Shown here one piece after another: positions 1 through 9,086 of a stretch of 37,959 nt of DNA. How positions within the stretch are numbered: the stretch's first letter is position 1; the number at the start of each line of letters is the position of its first letter. The notes beneath the pieces were generated by a model. That model was not told where the DNA came from. It worked only from the letters and a program-made list of their open reading frames with translations, and made no database searches. A program made the position numbers and the translations under genes. Source of the DNA: a virus (lineage: Duplodnaviria > Caudoviricetes); IMG/VR virus record IMGVR_UViG_3300025018_000292, positions 1-37,959 of that record. One strand, given 5' to 3'.

Positions 1-2283
1 GCCGAGGAATCCCACCAGGACGAGATCGAGCGCATCAACAAGCGGGTGAAAGACCCGGTTGAAGCCGCCGCCCTGAAAAAGGAAGCCGACAAGGCCTATA
101 ACCACGCGGCGCGCCGGGCGCATCTGTCGATGAAGGCCCGGATGACCAAGCTCAGGATCATGTTCGAGTCCTCGCGCGTTCCGCCGCCCTATTTCCCGCT
201 GTCGCGCTTTGGCCGGTATTTCGTGTCCGTCCGTGACGACATGGGCGAGCTGATCTCCTTCTCCAAGCGCGAAAGCCACCGGGAGGCCAAGGCGCTCGCC
301 GATGAAATGCGTCAGCAGTTCCCGACTGCCGACATCGACATGGGCGTGATGGGCGAGAAGATGCGCGCGCGCGACCAGATGGACCCGCGCCTGTTGTCCG
401 AGATCGAGGGCATCCTTGGCGAGTCCGCGCTCTCGAGCCCGGAAATGATGGAGGTGATGGATCAGATCTGGCAGCGCTATCTCGACACCATGCCGGATCT
501 GTCTGTCCGCAAACGCTTCATTCACCGGTCCGGTATTGCCGGTTTCGATCGCGATGCACTCCGGGCCTATTCCACGCACATGTTCCACGCAGCGCACCAG
601 ATGGCGCGGCTCAAATACGGCATGGAACTGACGGAGCTGACCCGCGATGTCGGCAACCAGGCGCGCCGGGCCGACAAGCCGGTCCCGGCGATGAACCTCG
701 CCAACGAGCTCAAGAAGCGGCACGAATGGGTGATGAACCCGACCGGCTCGACGGCGGCGCAGAGCGTCACCTCGACGGCCTTCGTCTGGTATCTAGGCAC
801 GACGCCGGCGGCGGCGATGGTCAACCTCACGCAAACCGTGATGATGGGCATTCCTGTGCTGGGAGGCCGGTTCGGCATCGGCAAGGCAGCCGCCGCGATC
901 GCCAAGGCCAGCGCCGATTCGGTGCGTGGCTATGGTCTGCCATCGAAGAACCCGAACCTGACCGATGACGAAAAGAAGGCGATGGAGATCTTCTACCGGT
1001 CCGGCTTGGTCGATCGGACGCAGAGCCACGATCTCGCGGGCGTGGGCGACACAGGGGTGCGCTATTCGCCGGTGCGCCAGCGCATGATGGGCGTTGTCGC
1101 GTGGGCCTTCCACAACGCAGAACGCTGGAACAGGGAAGTCACGGCGCTGGCTGCCTACCGCCTGGCGCGCGATGCATCCACCAAGGACGAGTTCACCACG
1201 CAGAACATGGCGATTGATGCAGCCCATGACCTGACATGGAAGACGCATTTCGATTACTCGAACTCATCCCGGCCGCGGTTCATGCAGAACGACGCGATGA
1301 AGGTGGCGATGGTCTTCCGGGCCCACAACATCAACATGCTCTACAGGATGGGCCGCGATATCCATCAGTCGCTCAAGGGTGAAACCAAACAGGCGCGGCG
1401 CGAGGCCCGGCTGCAGTTGGCCGGCATCTTCGGCATGCAGGCGCTGATGGCCGGGGTGACCGGCATTGCCGGCTTCAACCTCGCTATGGCCGTCCTTGGC
1501 ATGTTCCTGCAGGATGACGATGATCCGTTCGATTACGAAATGCGCTTCCGACAGGGTGTCACCGAGGCGCTGGGCCCGGAACTCGGCGGCATCGTGCTCA
1601 ACGGCGCGCCAGGCCATTACACCGGCCTTTCTCTGACCAACCGCATCGGCATGCCGGATCTCTGGTTCCGCTCGCCAAACCGGGATCTGGAAGGCCGCGA
1701 CGAGTTCAATTACTGGGTGCTGAACGCTGCTGGCGCTTCGGTGTCCATGCTTGGCGATCTGTACCGCGGCGTGACGCTGGTTCGCGATGGCGAGACAGTG
1801 AAGGGCGTCGAGGCGATGGCGCCCAAGTTCGTCAAGGATCAGATCCGCGCCTATCGCTATGCGACCGAGGGCGTGACCGACTTTGGCGGCAACGAGGTGT
1901 TGTCCGTTGATCAGATGGACGCGATGGACATTGTTTCGCAATCGATCGGGTTTTCGCCGGCGAAGGTCAGCGAGCGCTGGGACCGCAACACGGCGCTCAA
2001 GAACGCCGACAGCAGGATCCAGAAGAAGCGCAGCCGCTTGCTGGCCGATTATGCCCTGGCGCACAAGATGGGTGATGATGCGATGCAGCAGGAGGTTCTG
2101 GGCCGGATCAAGCGGTTCAACGAGTACCCGCTGCATCGTGGCAAGGCGATCACACCGAAGACGATCCGCCAGTCGCTCAAACAGCGGCAGCGGCTATCGG
2201 CAAAGCGCCAGGATGGTGTTCTGATCCAGAACGAGCGGGTGGCGCGGGATCTGCGCAAGCAGTTGCCGGAACCGATTTACTAG
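1..2283 (+). CDS. C-terminal part of giant PLxRFG-domain (large polyvalent / DNA-ejection) virion protein; 5'-truncated
   Basis: Frame open from base 1; motif PPPYFPLSRFGRYFV; long helical C-terminus; position at end of the tail module. Confidence 0.8.
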   Translation, partial: AEESHQDEIERINKRVKDPVEAAALKKEADKAYNHAARRAHLSMKARMTKLRIMFESSRVPPPYFPLSRFGRYFVSVRDDMGELISFSKRESHREAKALADEMRQQFPTADIDMGVMGEKMRARDQMDPRLLSEIEGILGESALSSPEMMEVMDQIWQRYLDTMPDLSVRKRFIHRSGIAGFDRDALRAYSTHMFHAAHQMARLKYGMELTELTRDVGNQARRADKPVPAMNLANELKKRHEWVMNPTGSTAAQSVTSTAFVWYLGTTPAAAMVNLTQTVMMGIPVLGGRFGIGKAAAAIAKASADSVRGYGLPSKNPNLTDDEKKAMEIFYRSGLVDRTQSHDLAGVGDTGVRYSPVRQRMMGVVAWAFHNAERWNREVTALAAYRLARDASTKDEFTTQNMAIDAAHDLTWKTHFDYSNSSRPRFMQNDAMKVAMVFRAHNINMLYRMGRDIHQSLKGETKQARREARLQLAGIFGMQALMAGVTGIAGFNLAMAVLGMFLQDDDDPFDYEMRFRQGVTEALGPELGGIVLNGAPGHYTGLSLTNRIGMPDLWFRSPNRDLEGRDEFNYWVLNAAGASVSMLGDLYRGVTLVRDGETVKGVEAMAPKFVKDQIRAYRYATEGVTDFGGNEVLSVDQMDAMDIVSQSIGFSPAKVSERWDRNTALKNADSRIQKKRSRLLADYALAHKMGDDAMQQEVLGRIKRFNEYPLHRGKAITPKTIRQSLKQRQRLSAKRQDGVLIQNERVARDLRKQLPEPIY

Positions 2284-2294
2284 GTGGCCGCTGA

Positions 2295-2483
2295 TCAGTC
2301 CTTCTCAGGGTCTGCGATGTCCTTGACATTTTGCACAAGCCGCCCGGCGGCATCGCCGGTGTAGGTGCCGCCTTTCTTATCGGTGGTAACTCCGCCCATT
2401 GTCAGCATGTCGGCAGCGACAGCCACCGGTACATCGACAACTGCAGACGCGGCCTTGATGGTGGATTTCAGAATTCCGAACAT
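2295..2483 (-). CDS. Small hypothetical phage protein (62 aa)
   Basis: ATG with AGGAG RBS; last gene of a leftward operon. Confidence 0.7.
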   Translation of the reverse strand: MFGILKSTIKAASAVVDVPVAVAADMLTMGGVTTDKKGGTYTGDAAGRLVQNVKDIADPEKD

Positions 2484-2492
2484 CGGTTTCTC

Positions 2493-2702
2493 CTATGGTT
2501 TGCGCTTCATACTGCGGCGCGCTCCGCAAATGTCGCAGGTTTCGCCATCACAAAGATGGCACTCGCCGCAGGGCTCTTTGCCCCGCCCGATCCTATCCAT
2601 GATTGGGTCAGTCAGGTTAAACACAATGGAGGACGGGACCGCACCACGGCTTGCCTCAGCCCGGATTTTGTCCATCTGTGATTTGAGCCATTCGGTATCC
2701 AT
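2493..2702 (-). CDS. Small Cys-rich (putative Zn-binding) protein
   Basis: C-terminal CGECHLC..CDIC; GGAG upstream; packed in operon. Confidence 0.6.
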   Translation of the reverse strand: MDTEWLKSQMDKIRAEASRGAVPSSIVFNLTDPIMDRIGRGKEPCGECHLCDGETCDICGARRSMKRKP

Positions 2703-2721
2703 TCTCTATCGCTCTCCGGGG

Positions 2722-2898
2722 CTATGTGGATTGGTCGGACATGATAGCCGCAAGGATCGCTTTTGCTTCCTCCCGGTCCTTGACCTCAATTGTCAGCGCG
2801 AGGCCTTCGTAGTCCTCTTCATTGTCGAATGTATTTCCTCCGTGGCGGCAGATGACGAACTGTCGGTTCTTCATATCGATTGGAAGTGTCAGGGGCAT
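2722..2898 (-). CDS. Hypothetical protein (58 aa, MPLTLPID...)
   Basis: Start reassigned to ATG 2898 with GGAG RBS, just after DHH gene stop. Confidence 0.6.
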   Translation of the reverse strand: MPLTLPIDMKNRQFVICRHGGNTFDNEEDYEGLALTIEVKDREEAKAILAAIMSDQST

Positions 2899-2911
2899 GG
2901 TGCTCTCCGGT

Positions 2912-3829
2912 CTAGTCAAGCTCGAGTTCGACGCGAAACCCCGCCGCATTGCTGTGCCCGCCGCCGCCATGCTGCTTTGCCACGGTGCTGACATCGAGCC
3001 TGTCATCGCTGCTGCGCAATGAAAAGCTGATGCCGCCATGGGCATAGACCGCCGCGACCGCGAAGGGCGCATCCGGGTACTTCTCCAGCAGCGCATGGCA
3101 GGAGTCCGAGGCGAGCGCATAGGGGCAGTGGCAGACCGGAACATCCTCGTGGCCGAAGAAGAATTCCCGGCGCGCGCCGTCGACGATCTGGTCGACCAGT
3201 GTGCGTTGCCAACGCAAGATTGCTGCCCCGGTCATTATCGAATCGTTGAGATTGGTTTGCAGATATTTTGCACCCGCATCCCATTCGTGGAACTCGCGAT
3301 TCCATGATTGCATGTCAGCGATGACTTCGCGTGTGTATGGTAACCGAAACCGCCACAAGTCCCGATCCTCAACTATTTCAATGATAGCTGGCTTCGGGTT
3401 GTCATTGTGGCCGCGGCAGAAATCCCACGCCATCGAAGCCCCAGACCGGTCCATGTCAAACTCGACCAGGATGCGGTCGCGCCAGCTGCCGTCGCCTGTA
3501 ACGACCTGACTGGCAAATTCCTCGGGGATCAGATCCCACTGCGGGCGGCTTATTCTCGGCAGCCCCTCCAGCATGTCGCGCGCGGTCTTGTGGTGGTCAA
3601 GGATCAGAATTGCCTCAGCCTTTTCAGCGATCGGCGCTAGAACATCGGGCGGGAACGAGAAATCCGCGATGATGATCGCCTTTCCCTCGACATCGATGTC
3701 GGGGAAGGGCTGGCCATACTGGCAGGGGTAGCATTTGATACCGAGATAGCGCTGCTGGATGACCCATGCGGCGGTGAACCCGTCGATGCAGTCGGCGTGA
3801 TAGATGCAGATGTCGAATTTGAAGGACAT
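2912..3829 (-). CDS. DHH/DHHA1-family phosphoesterase (NrnA/NrnB-like)
   Basis: Motifs YHADCIDG, ADFS, LDHH, EDRDLW and GGGHSNAAGF. Confidence 0.9.
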   Translation of the reverse strand: MSFKFDICIYHADCIDGFTAAWVIQQRYLGIKCYPCQYGQPFPDIDVEGKAIIIADFSFPPDVLAPIAEKAEAILILDHHKTARDMLEGLPRISRPQWDLIPEEFASQVVTGDGSWRDRILVEFDMDRSGASMAWDFCRGHNDNPKPAIIEIVEDRDLWRFRLPYTREVIADMQSWNREFHEWDAGAKYLQTNLNDSIMTGAAILRWQRTLVDQIVDGARREFFFGHEDVPVCHCPYALASDSCHALLEKYPDAPFAVAAVYAHGGISFSLRSSDDRLDVSTVAKQHGGGGHSNAAGFRVELELD

Positions 3830-3930
3830 ATCAACCTCGTTGGCGGGGGAGGCGGGCGGCTTGTCGAACGGCGGAAAAACCGCCCGCCTTGGGGAAGACT
3901 ACGCAATACATGTCTCGGGTTGACCCGATC

Positions 3931-3965
3931 TGAATAGGATAATTGATTGCAAATTGCAAATCAAT
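3931..3965 (-). promoter_or_regulatory. Leftward promoter (TTGCAA-17-TATTCA) overlapped by a putative repressor operator TTGCA-AAT-TGCAA (3947-3959)
   Basis: Same hexamers and spacing recur at 14604-14632; palindromic operator motif. Confidence 0.6.
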
Positions 3966-4048
3966 CACCTGCCCTTGAGAAGGTTTTGCACAGGTGATAT
4001 GACATTTGCGTAGCTGGGTAGTGAAGTTACCGGCTGTTCCTCCCATTT

Positions 4049-4074
4049 GGCGGGTCTTCGGACCCGCCTTTTTT
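4049..4074 (+). terminator. Rho-independent terminator
   Basis: GGCGGGTC-TTCG-GACCCGCC followed by TTTTTT. Confidence 0.85.
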
Positions 4075-4077
4075 ATA

Positions 4078-4090
4078 TTTCAAGGTGCAA
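4078..4090. promoter_or_regulatory. Putative repressor operator TTTCA-AGG-TGCAA(TCAAT)
   Basis: Matches the motif repeated at other phage promoters. Confidence 0.5.
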
Positions 4091-4197
4091 TCAATCCGGC
4101 TTTTGCCGCGCGCTGGTTTCTGCTATGAAGGTTGCCGACGCGCATGACCGTGCAACCATCAGGGGCCGGATCGCGTCTGCGGCCCAGGAGTAGGCCG

Positions 4198-4995
4198 ATG
4201 CTCACGAACTCCCAAGCCCGATTTGAAGCCGTTCACCCGCTCACCGCCCAGTTCGAGGGCGGATGGTCCGACCACGCGCAGGACCCCGGTGGCAAGACCA
4301 TGTATGGCGTCACCCAGGGGAAGTACCACGAATGGCTCCGCAAGAACGGGCGGAAGGTCAGACCGGTCCGGAACATCACCAAAGCCGAAGCACTCGAAAT
4401 CTACAAAAACGAATACTGGGATCCGCTGGTGGAGCGCTACAACCTCGTGCCCGGTGTCGATCGCGTCACCTATGACGCCGGGGTGAACTCGGGCATTGGC
4501 CGCGGTCGCAAGTGGCTCCTGGCCAGCGTTGGTTCGAGTGACCCGTCTGTGACCGTCCGGCGTATCTGCAGGGCGCGCCTGTCCTTCATGCAGAGCCTGC
4601 GGATCTGGAAGACGTTTGGCCGTGGCTGGGGGCGACGTGTTGCGGCCATGGAAGCCAAGGGCGTGGCCGAGGCAATCGCCTATCACAAGGCTTCGGACCC
4701 GAACAAGGATGCGGTCAAGGCCAAGACGCTGGAGGTGGCCGCTGTCGAAGCCAACGATGCGGTCAAGCAGAAGAAGGCGGCAGAAGGCAAGGCGGCCGGC
4801 GCAGGCGCTGGCGCTGGTTCCGGTGTCGGTGCGGATCAACTCGATCCGACGCTGTTCGGTGACTGGGCCCCATATGTGCTGGGCGCCATCATCATCCTCG
4901 CCGGGATCATCATCGTTGGCACACTGGCCCAGTCCCGTGCGCAGAAGGCCCGCGAGGAAGCATATCTCAAACTCAAGAGCGAGGTGCTGTCATGA
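4198..4995 (+). CDS. Endolysin, glycosyl hydrolase family 108, with C-terminal transmembrane segment
   Basis: EGGWSDHAQDPGGKTMYGVT catalytic motif, YDAGVNSG, FGRGWGRR; AGGAG RBS before ATG 4198. Confidence 0.9.
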   Translation: MLTNSQARFEAVHPLTAQFEGGWSDHAQDPGGKTMYGVTQGKYHEWLRKNGRKVRPVRNITKAEALEIYKNEYWDPLVERYNLVPGVDRVTYDAGVNSGIGRGRKWLLASVGSSDPSVTVRRICRARLSFMQSLRIWKTFGRGWGRRVAAMEAKGVAEAIAYHKASDPNKDAVKAKTLEVAAVEANDAVKQKKAAEGKAAGAGAGAGSGVGADQLDPTLFGDWAPYVLGAIIILAGIIIVGTLAQSRAQKAREEAYLKLKSEVLS

Positions 4996-5510
4996 GCGCG
5001 CTCTTGATTCTTGCTCCCATCCTTGCCGAGATCGGCGCGCCATTGCTCAAGGGCATGGTTGAACGGAGATTCGGTCAGACGGCCGGCGATGTCACCAATG
5101 CGGTGGTTGAAACGATCGCCGGCAAGCTGGGTGTAGACGCCACACCGGAAGCCATCTCCGAAAAATACACCTCCGATCCCGAAGCCACGCGCGCAGCCGT
5201 GCTGGACACCGAAAAGGAATGGGCAGAGGTGGCGCGCGGTGCGATGGAGCTTCATGGCCAATATCTGTCTGGCATCGATGCAGATGCCGCAAAAGGCGGC
5301 ATGAACGCCCTCTGGCGCCCCGTCAACGGTCTCCTATTTGCAGTTGGGCTGTTCGCAGTGCTGCTGACGGCCTGCTTCGCCATTCTGGCCCGGATCCCGA
5401 TCGACGCCAGCCAGTTGCCGCTGGTTACTCTGGTCGGCACGGTGGTCGGCCCATGGGCCGGGGTGATTGGCTACTATGTCGGCCAGCGCACCAAGGAAAA
5501 GATCAACTAG
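4992..5510 (+). CDS. Putative holin (GTA 3TM-holin-like)
   Basis: ATGA overlap with endolysin; WRP motif followed by two TM segments, G.YVG.RT.EK end. Confidence 0.65.
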   Translation: MSALLILAPILAEIGAPLLKGMVERRFGQTAGDVTNAVVETIAGKLGVDATPEAISEKYTSDPEATRAAVLDTEKEWAEVARGAMELHGQYLSGIDADAAKGGMNALWRPVNGLLFAVGLFAVLLTACFAILARIPIDASQLPLVTLVGTVVGPWAGVIGYYVGQRTKEKIN

Positions 5511-5583
5511 TGCCGCGCGTCTGCAAAGGGGCCGCTCCCGAGCCAGATGGCTACTGGAACGAAATCGAGAAGGTGGGAGCGCA

Positions 5584-5994
5584 ATGACGTTCGCTGGTTT
5601 CAATCTGATCAAGTATGTCGAGGCCATCCTCTCGCTTTATGCGACCTCGGTCGGGGTCATGTTTCTCACATCGCCGGGCGCGCTGACCGCTCCCGTCTAC
5701 GATCAATGGCACGAAATCGGCATCGCGGCGTGGGGGTGGATGTTGCTTCTTGTCGGCGTCGGTCACGCTTCAGCGCTGTGGCTCAATGGTCGCAATTCGG
5801 CGGTTTCGCGAACGGTGAGGGCGATGGCGAGCCTGGCTCACTTCTATGTGTCTATCGAGTTCGCCATGATGTTCACCATGGGCGGGGCCATCTGGGGGAC
5901 GCTGACCTTCGGGCTGCTGTTGCCGGGACTTATCCTCCCCGTGATGTCCCGCACGATCGATGACGCCAAGGAGGCTCTGCAACATGACCGCTGA
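5584..5994 (+). CDS. Multi-pass membrane protein in lysis cassette
   Basis: About 4 hydrophobic segments; GGAG RBS before ATG 5584. Confidence 0.65.
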   Translation: MTFAGFNLIKYVEAILSLYATSVGVMFLTSPGALTAPVYDQWHEIGIAAWGWMLLLVGVGHASALWLNGRNSAVSRTVRAMASLAHFYVSIEFAMMFTMGGAIWGTLTFGLLLPGLILPVMSRTIDDAKEALQHDR

Positions 5995-6205
5995 AACGAT
6001 TAAGAGCCTGGTTGATGCCTTCGGCCCGCTGGTCGCCGTCCTGATCGCGCTGTTCTGGTTCCTGCGCAAGCCCGATACCGTCAAGCCGGACCCCCGCTCG
6101 TCAAGCAGCGCGCAGTTTCACAGCGATGACAAGGAATTCCTGCGGACCGAAATCCGCGATCCGATCTTGCGCGCGGTCATCCGTCCGCTCGGCGATTCCG
6201 ATTGA
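5984..6205 (+). CDS. Small single-TM protein in lysis cassette
   Basis: AGGAGG RBS; FGPLVAVLIALFWFL TM segment. Confidence 0.65.
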   Translation: MTAETIKSLVDAFGPLVAVLIALFWFLRKPDTVKPDPRSSSSAQFHSDDKEFLRTEIRDPILRAVIRPLGDSD

Positions 6206-6218
6206 GTCTTTCAGAGCT

Positions 6219-6437
6219 TCATTGTTTGAAAGGATTTTTCAGGTTCCAAAGATCCTGCAGAAAAACAAAGGGGCGCATTAGCCCGGCATCAACCACCCAG
6301 GCCGGCACGATGTTCTCAAGTTCATAGACCTCGATCCCGTCCTGGCGCATGGCGTCAATTTGTTCCTGCGAGGCATGCCAGTTCACCCCCCACGTTGACC
6401 TGTTGCCGCGTATCTCGACGCTCACCAGCTTCGTCAT
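6219..6437 (-). CDS. Hypothetical phage protein (72 aa)
   Basis: ATGA overlap with gcrA-like stop. Confidence 0.65.
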   Translation of the reverse strand: MTKLVSVEIRGNRSTWGVNWHASQEQIDAMRQDGIEVYELENIVPAWVVDAGLMRPFVFLQDLWNLKNPFKQ

Positions 6438-6985
6438 GCATCCACCCGCACTTTTGCGGCCTCCCGCTCCGACTTGGTGCCCTCTCCGACCGAGCGCGCC
6501 ATGTGATAGGGGCAGTAGGGTTTGCCGGGGCCCGCGGTTGATGTCCCGCAGAACAGGTGACGTTCATGGACGGAGGCATCGTTGACCGGCCACCGGCACT
6601 GGCCCTTGTCGAGATCAGCAAGCGGCAACCGCTCCGGCGATGGCTCGGGGATCTCCACTTCGACCGGTTCTGCGATCTTCACCTTGGCATGATAGCTTGC
6701 CGGCGCACGGACCGATGGCGCCCGAGGCTTGCGGGCCTGTTCACGCCTGGCGCCGGTCGTTCTGTTGCCACCGCTGAGCGCCCTGCGCAGCGGGTAATCG
6801 GCCAGCTGATCGGCGTTCCGCGTGTAGACGCCGATGATCGCATTGCGGCTGACCGTCTCGCCGATCTCGTTGCCGACGCGCTCGGCGATCTGCAGCGCCG
6901 AACTGCCGAATTCCCAGTGGTTCTTGATCTTCCGGATCTTGCGATCGGTGTCGAGTTTGGTCCATTGACCCTTATCCAGCCGCAT
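6434..6985 (-). CDS. gcrA: GcrA-like cell-cycle regulator
   Basis: N-terminal W..GSSALQIA...SRNAIIG; C-terminal L.DL..GQCRWPV...FCG...PYCPYH. Confidence 0.85.
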   Translation of the reverse strand: MRLDKGQWTKLDTDRKIRKIKNHWEFGSSALQIAERVGNEIGETVSRNAIIGVYTRNADQLADYPLRRALSGGNRTTGARREQARKPRAPSVRAPASYHAKVKIAEPVEVEIPEPSPERLPLADLDKGQCRWPVNDASVHERHLFCGTSTAGPGKPYCPYHMARSVGEGTKSEREAAKVRVDA

Positions 6986-7232
6986 TGTCTTTCCCCTTTC
7001 CGAATTTCGCATTGAGTTTTCTGTTGAACTCGTAATAGACCCCCAGGCGCACCGCCACGTCGCGGACGCCGGCGCGATGGCCCGCGCGGCGCTCTGCGGT
7101 CGCCAGCCCCGGGTGATCGGCGTTGTGATAGGCGGCGATGAGATGATCAACGACACCGACGCCAGGGATCGCTGCTTCCAGCGCCTTGATGCGCCGCTCG
7201 TGGTTGTCGTGAAGGGGTTCAGTCTTCGGCAT
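6972..7232 (-). CDS. Hypothetical protein (86 aa)
   Basis: GGAG RBS; overlaps neighbours in operon. Confidence 0.6.
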   Translation of the reverse strand: MPKTEPLHDNHERRIKALEAAIPGVGVVDHLIAAYHNADHPGLATAERRAGHRAGVRDVAVRLGVYYEFNRKLNAKFGKGKDNAAG

Positions 7233-7416
7233 TCTTCTCTCTCCTTGGCGGGTATTCGCGAATGTCGATCACCTCGATCGACCCATCTGCATGCACCTGC
7301 ACCTCACATTCGGTGCATCTTTCGTCTGTTCCTACGTCGACGCCGATGTAGCGGCCGTCTCCCAGCGCCCATAGGCTCATACCATCGGCTTTGGCGCATG
7401 GGCCCGGTGTGGTCAC
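7219..7416 (-). CDS. Hypothetical protein (65 aa)
   Basis: GTG start overlapping helicase stop, GGAGG RBS. Confidence 0.55.
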   Translation of the reverse strand: MTTPGPCAKADGMSLWALGDGRYIGVDVGTDERCTECEVQVHADGSIEVIDIREYPPRREKNAED

Positions 7417-9086
7417 TTCGCGCCTCCCAGGTAATGCCGGGCGAGTGCCTTGATCCGGCTGTCATCGCTCTCAACGGTTTCGCTGCCGGTGAAGGGATCG
7501 GTGATCCCGCGCGCCTGGCCCGCCTTCAGGCCAAGCATTTCCACCATCGGCGGATCGCTACCCTCGTTGGTCAGGCAATAGATCGCATCCACCTGCTGGC
7601 GCTGGCCGGGCCGGCGAAGCCGCCCGATGATCTGTTTGTGGATTTGCGGTGACCAGTCGATCTCGCCGAGCACAACGCGCCGGCAGACCTTTTGCAGACC
7701 ATCCAGACCAGCGCCCGAGCGCAGCGAGAGGATAAGGATGCGGCTGTCACCGGCGAGGAATGTCTCGCGCGCCCGGCGCTTCGTCGCGCTGGTTTCGGTG
7801 CCCGTGTACATCAGCGGGTTGAGATCGCCGAGAAGCCGCAGCCAGATGTCATAGACGTCACGATGGTAGCCGGCTAGAATCAGCGGCTCGTCTGCCGCCA
7901 GGATGCGGGCAAACGCCGCCACGGACGCGGCCTTGGCCACGCCGGTGGCATGGCGCGCCATCATGTCGAGTTCGCGGGCTGCCTGTCCACGCTCGTTGAA
8001 GGACTTGCTGTGCAGCACCTTCATCGCCAGCGATCGGGCTTCCTCGATCGAGGATTCGGCCAGCGCGTGGTCATAATCGACCCAGTGCGTCAGGGTGTTG
8101 ACCGGTGGCAGTTCCTTGTCGACGTCCGATTCCGTGCGGCGCAGGAACACGCCGGTATCGCGAAGATGAGCGCCCAGCGCATCGGGCTCGCGCACCAGGT
8201 ATTTGCCGTTGCCCTTCGCGATACACCATTCGAGGTAAAACTCGAGGCGGCTGCCCAGCAGCCCCGGCTCGACCACATGGAGAATGTCATAGATCTCGCC
8301 GCCGTAATTGTAGATCGGTGTCGCAGAAAGCCCGAGGACGGATTCGGCATGAGAGGCAAATGTTTCGGCTGCCCGGTACTTGGCCGACACCGCGCCGGTG
8401 CGCAGCTGCTGGATCTCGTCAAAGACCACGGTCTTGAACTTGATTTCCGCCGCGACATCGACCCACCCGGCGATGTTGGAATACTTGAACACATAGAGAT
8501 CCGCGTCGGGCAGATCGTAGGGCGTGGTGCCCTTGATGATGTGGGTCCGGAAATTGGTGAACTCCGCCGCTGCGTCATCGGCCCACTGTTCGGCCAGGTG
8601 CGCCTCGACGATGACCGCTGCCGGCACCTTGCCGGTGCGCGCGATCAGCGCGAAGGCGGAAACAGTCTTTCCAAGTCCCACATCGTCGCCCAGCAGCAGC
8701 CCGCGCCGCATCGATCCCAGTTCCGCCGCCTGCGCCTGATAGCGGTAGGGCTTCATCCCGCCCTTGAAGGCTGGCAGTGCGCCCGGCGTCCAGTCGGTGC
8801 GCAAAACCGCCGCGGCCAGTTCCTTCTGCTTCTCGCCATCGCGGTGGCCAGCTTTCAGCCGGGCCAGCGATGGTTTCTCGATGCGAAGCGGGTAGCGCGC
8901 CATGAACCAAAGCACGTCGCTGCAGTTGGCCGATGTCTCCGCTATGGTGAAATCTCGCGCCCGGCCCGCTGGCAGCCGCGGGAACAGCCGCTTGGCGGCG
9001 ATCGACACATGCGGTTCGAGATCCATCAGCATGATCTCGCCGCCCGCGACCGCGCAGCGGCCATAGGTTCGCACATGTGCATTCAT
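7413..9086 (-). CDS. SNF2-family (SF2) helicase/ATPase
   Basis: LLGDDVGLGKT, FDEIQ, LSATP, GAGLDGLQ, QIIGRLRRPGQ. Confidence 0.9.
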   Translation of the reverse strand: MNAHVRTYGRCAVAGGEIMLMDLEPHVSIAAKRLFPRLPAGRARDFTIAETSANCSDVLWFMARYPLRIEKPSLARLKAGHRDGEKQKELAAAVLRTDWTPGALPAFKGGMKPYRYQAQAAELGSMRRGLLLGDDVGLGKTVSAFALIARTGKVPAAVIVEAHLAEQWADDAAAEFTNFRTHIIKGTTPYDLPDADLYVFKYSNIAGWVDVAAEIKFKTVVFDEIQQLRTGAVSAKYRAAETFASHAESVLGLSATPIYNYGGEIYDILHVVEPGLLGSRLEFYLEWCIAKGNGKYLVREPDALGAHLRDTGVFLRRTESDVDKELPPVNTLTHWVDYDHALAESSIEEARSLAMKVLHSKSFNERGQAARELDMMARHATGVAKAASVAAFARILAADEPLILAGYHRDVYDIWLRLLGDLNPLMYTGTETSATKRRARETFLAGDSRILILSLRSGAGLDGLQKVCRRVVLGEIDWSPQIHKQIIGRLRRPGQRQQVDAIYCLTNEGSDPPMVEMLGLKAGQARGITDPFTGSETVESDDSRIKALARHYLGGAK

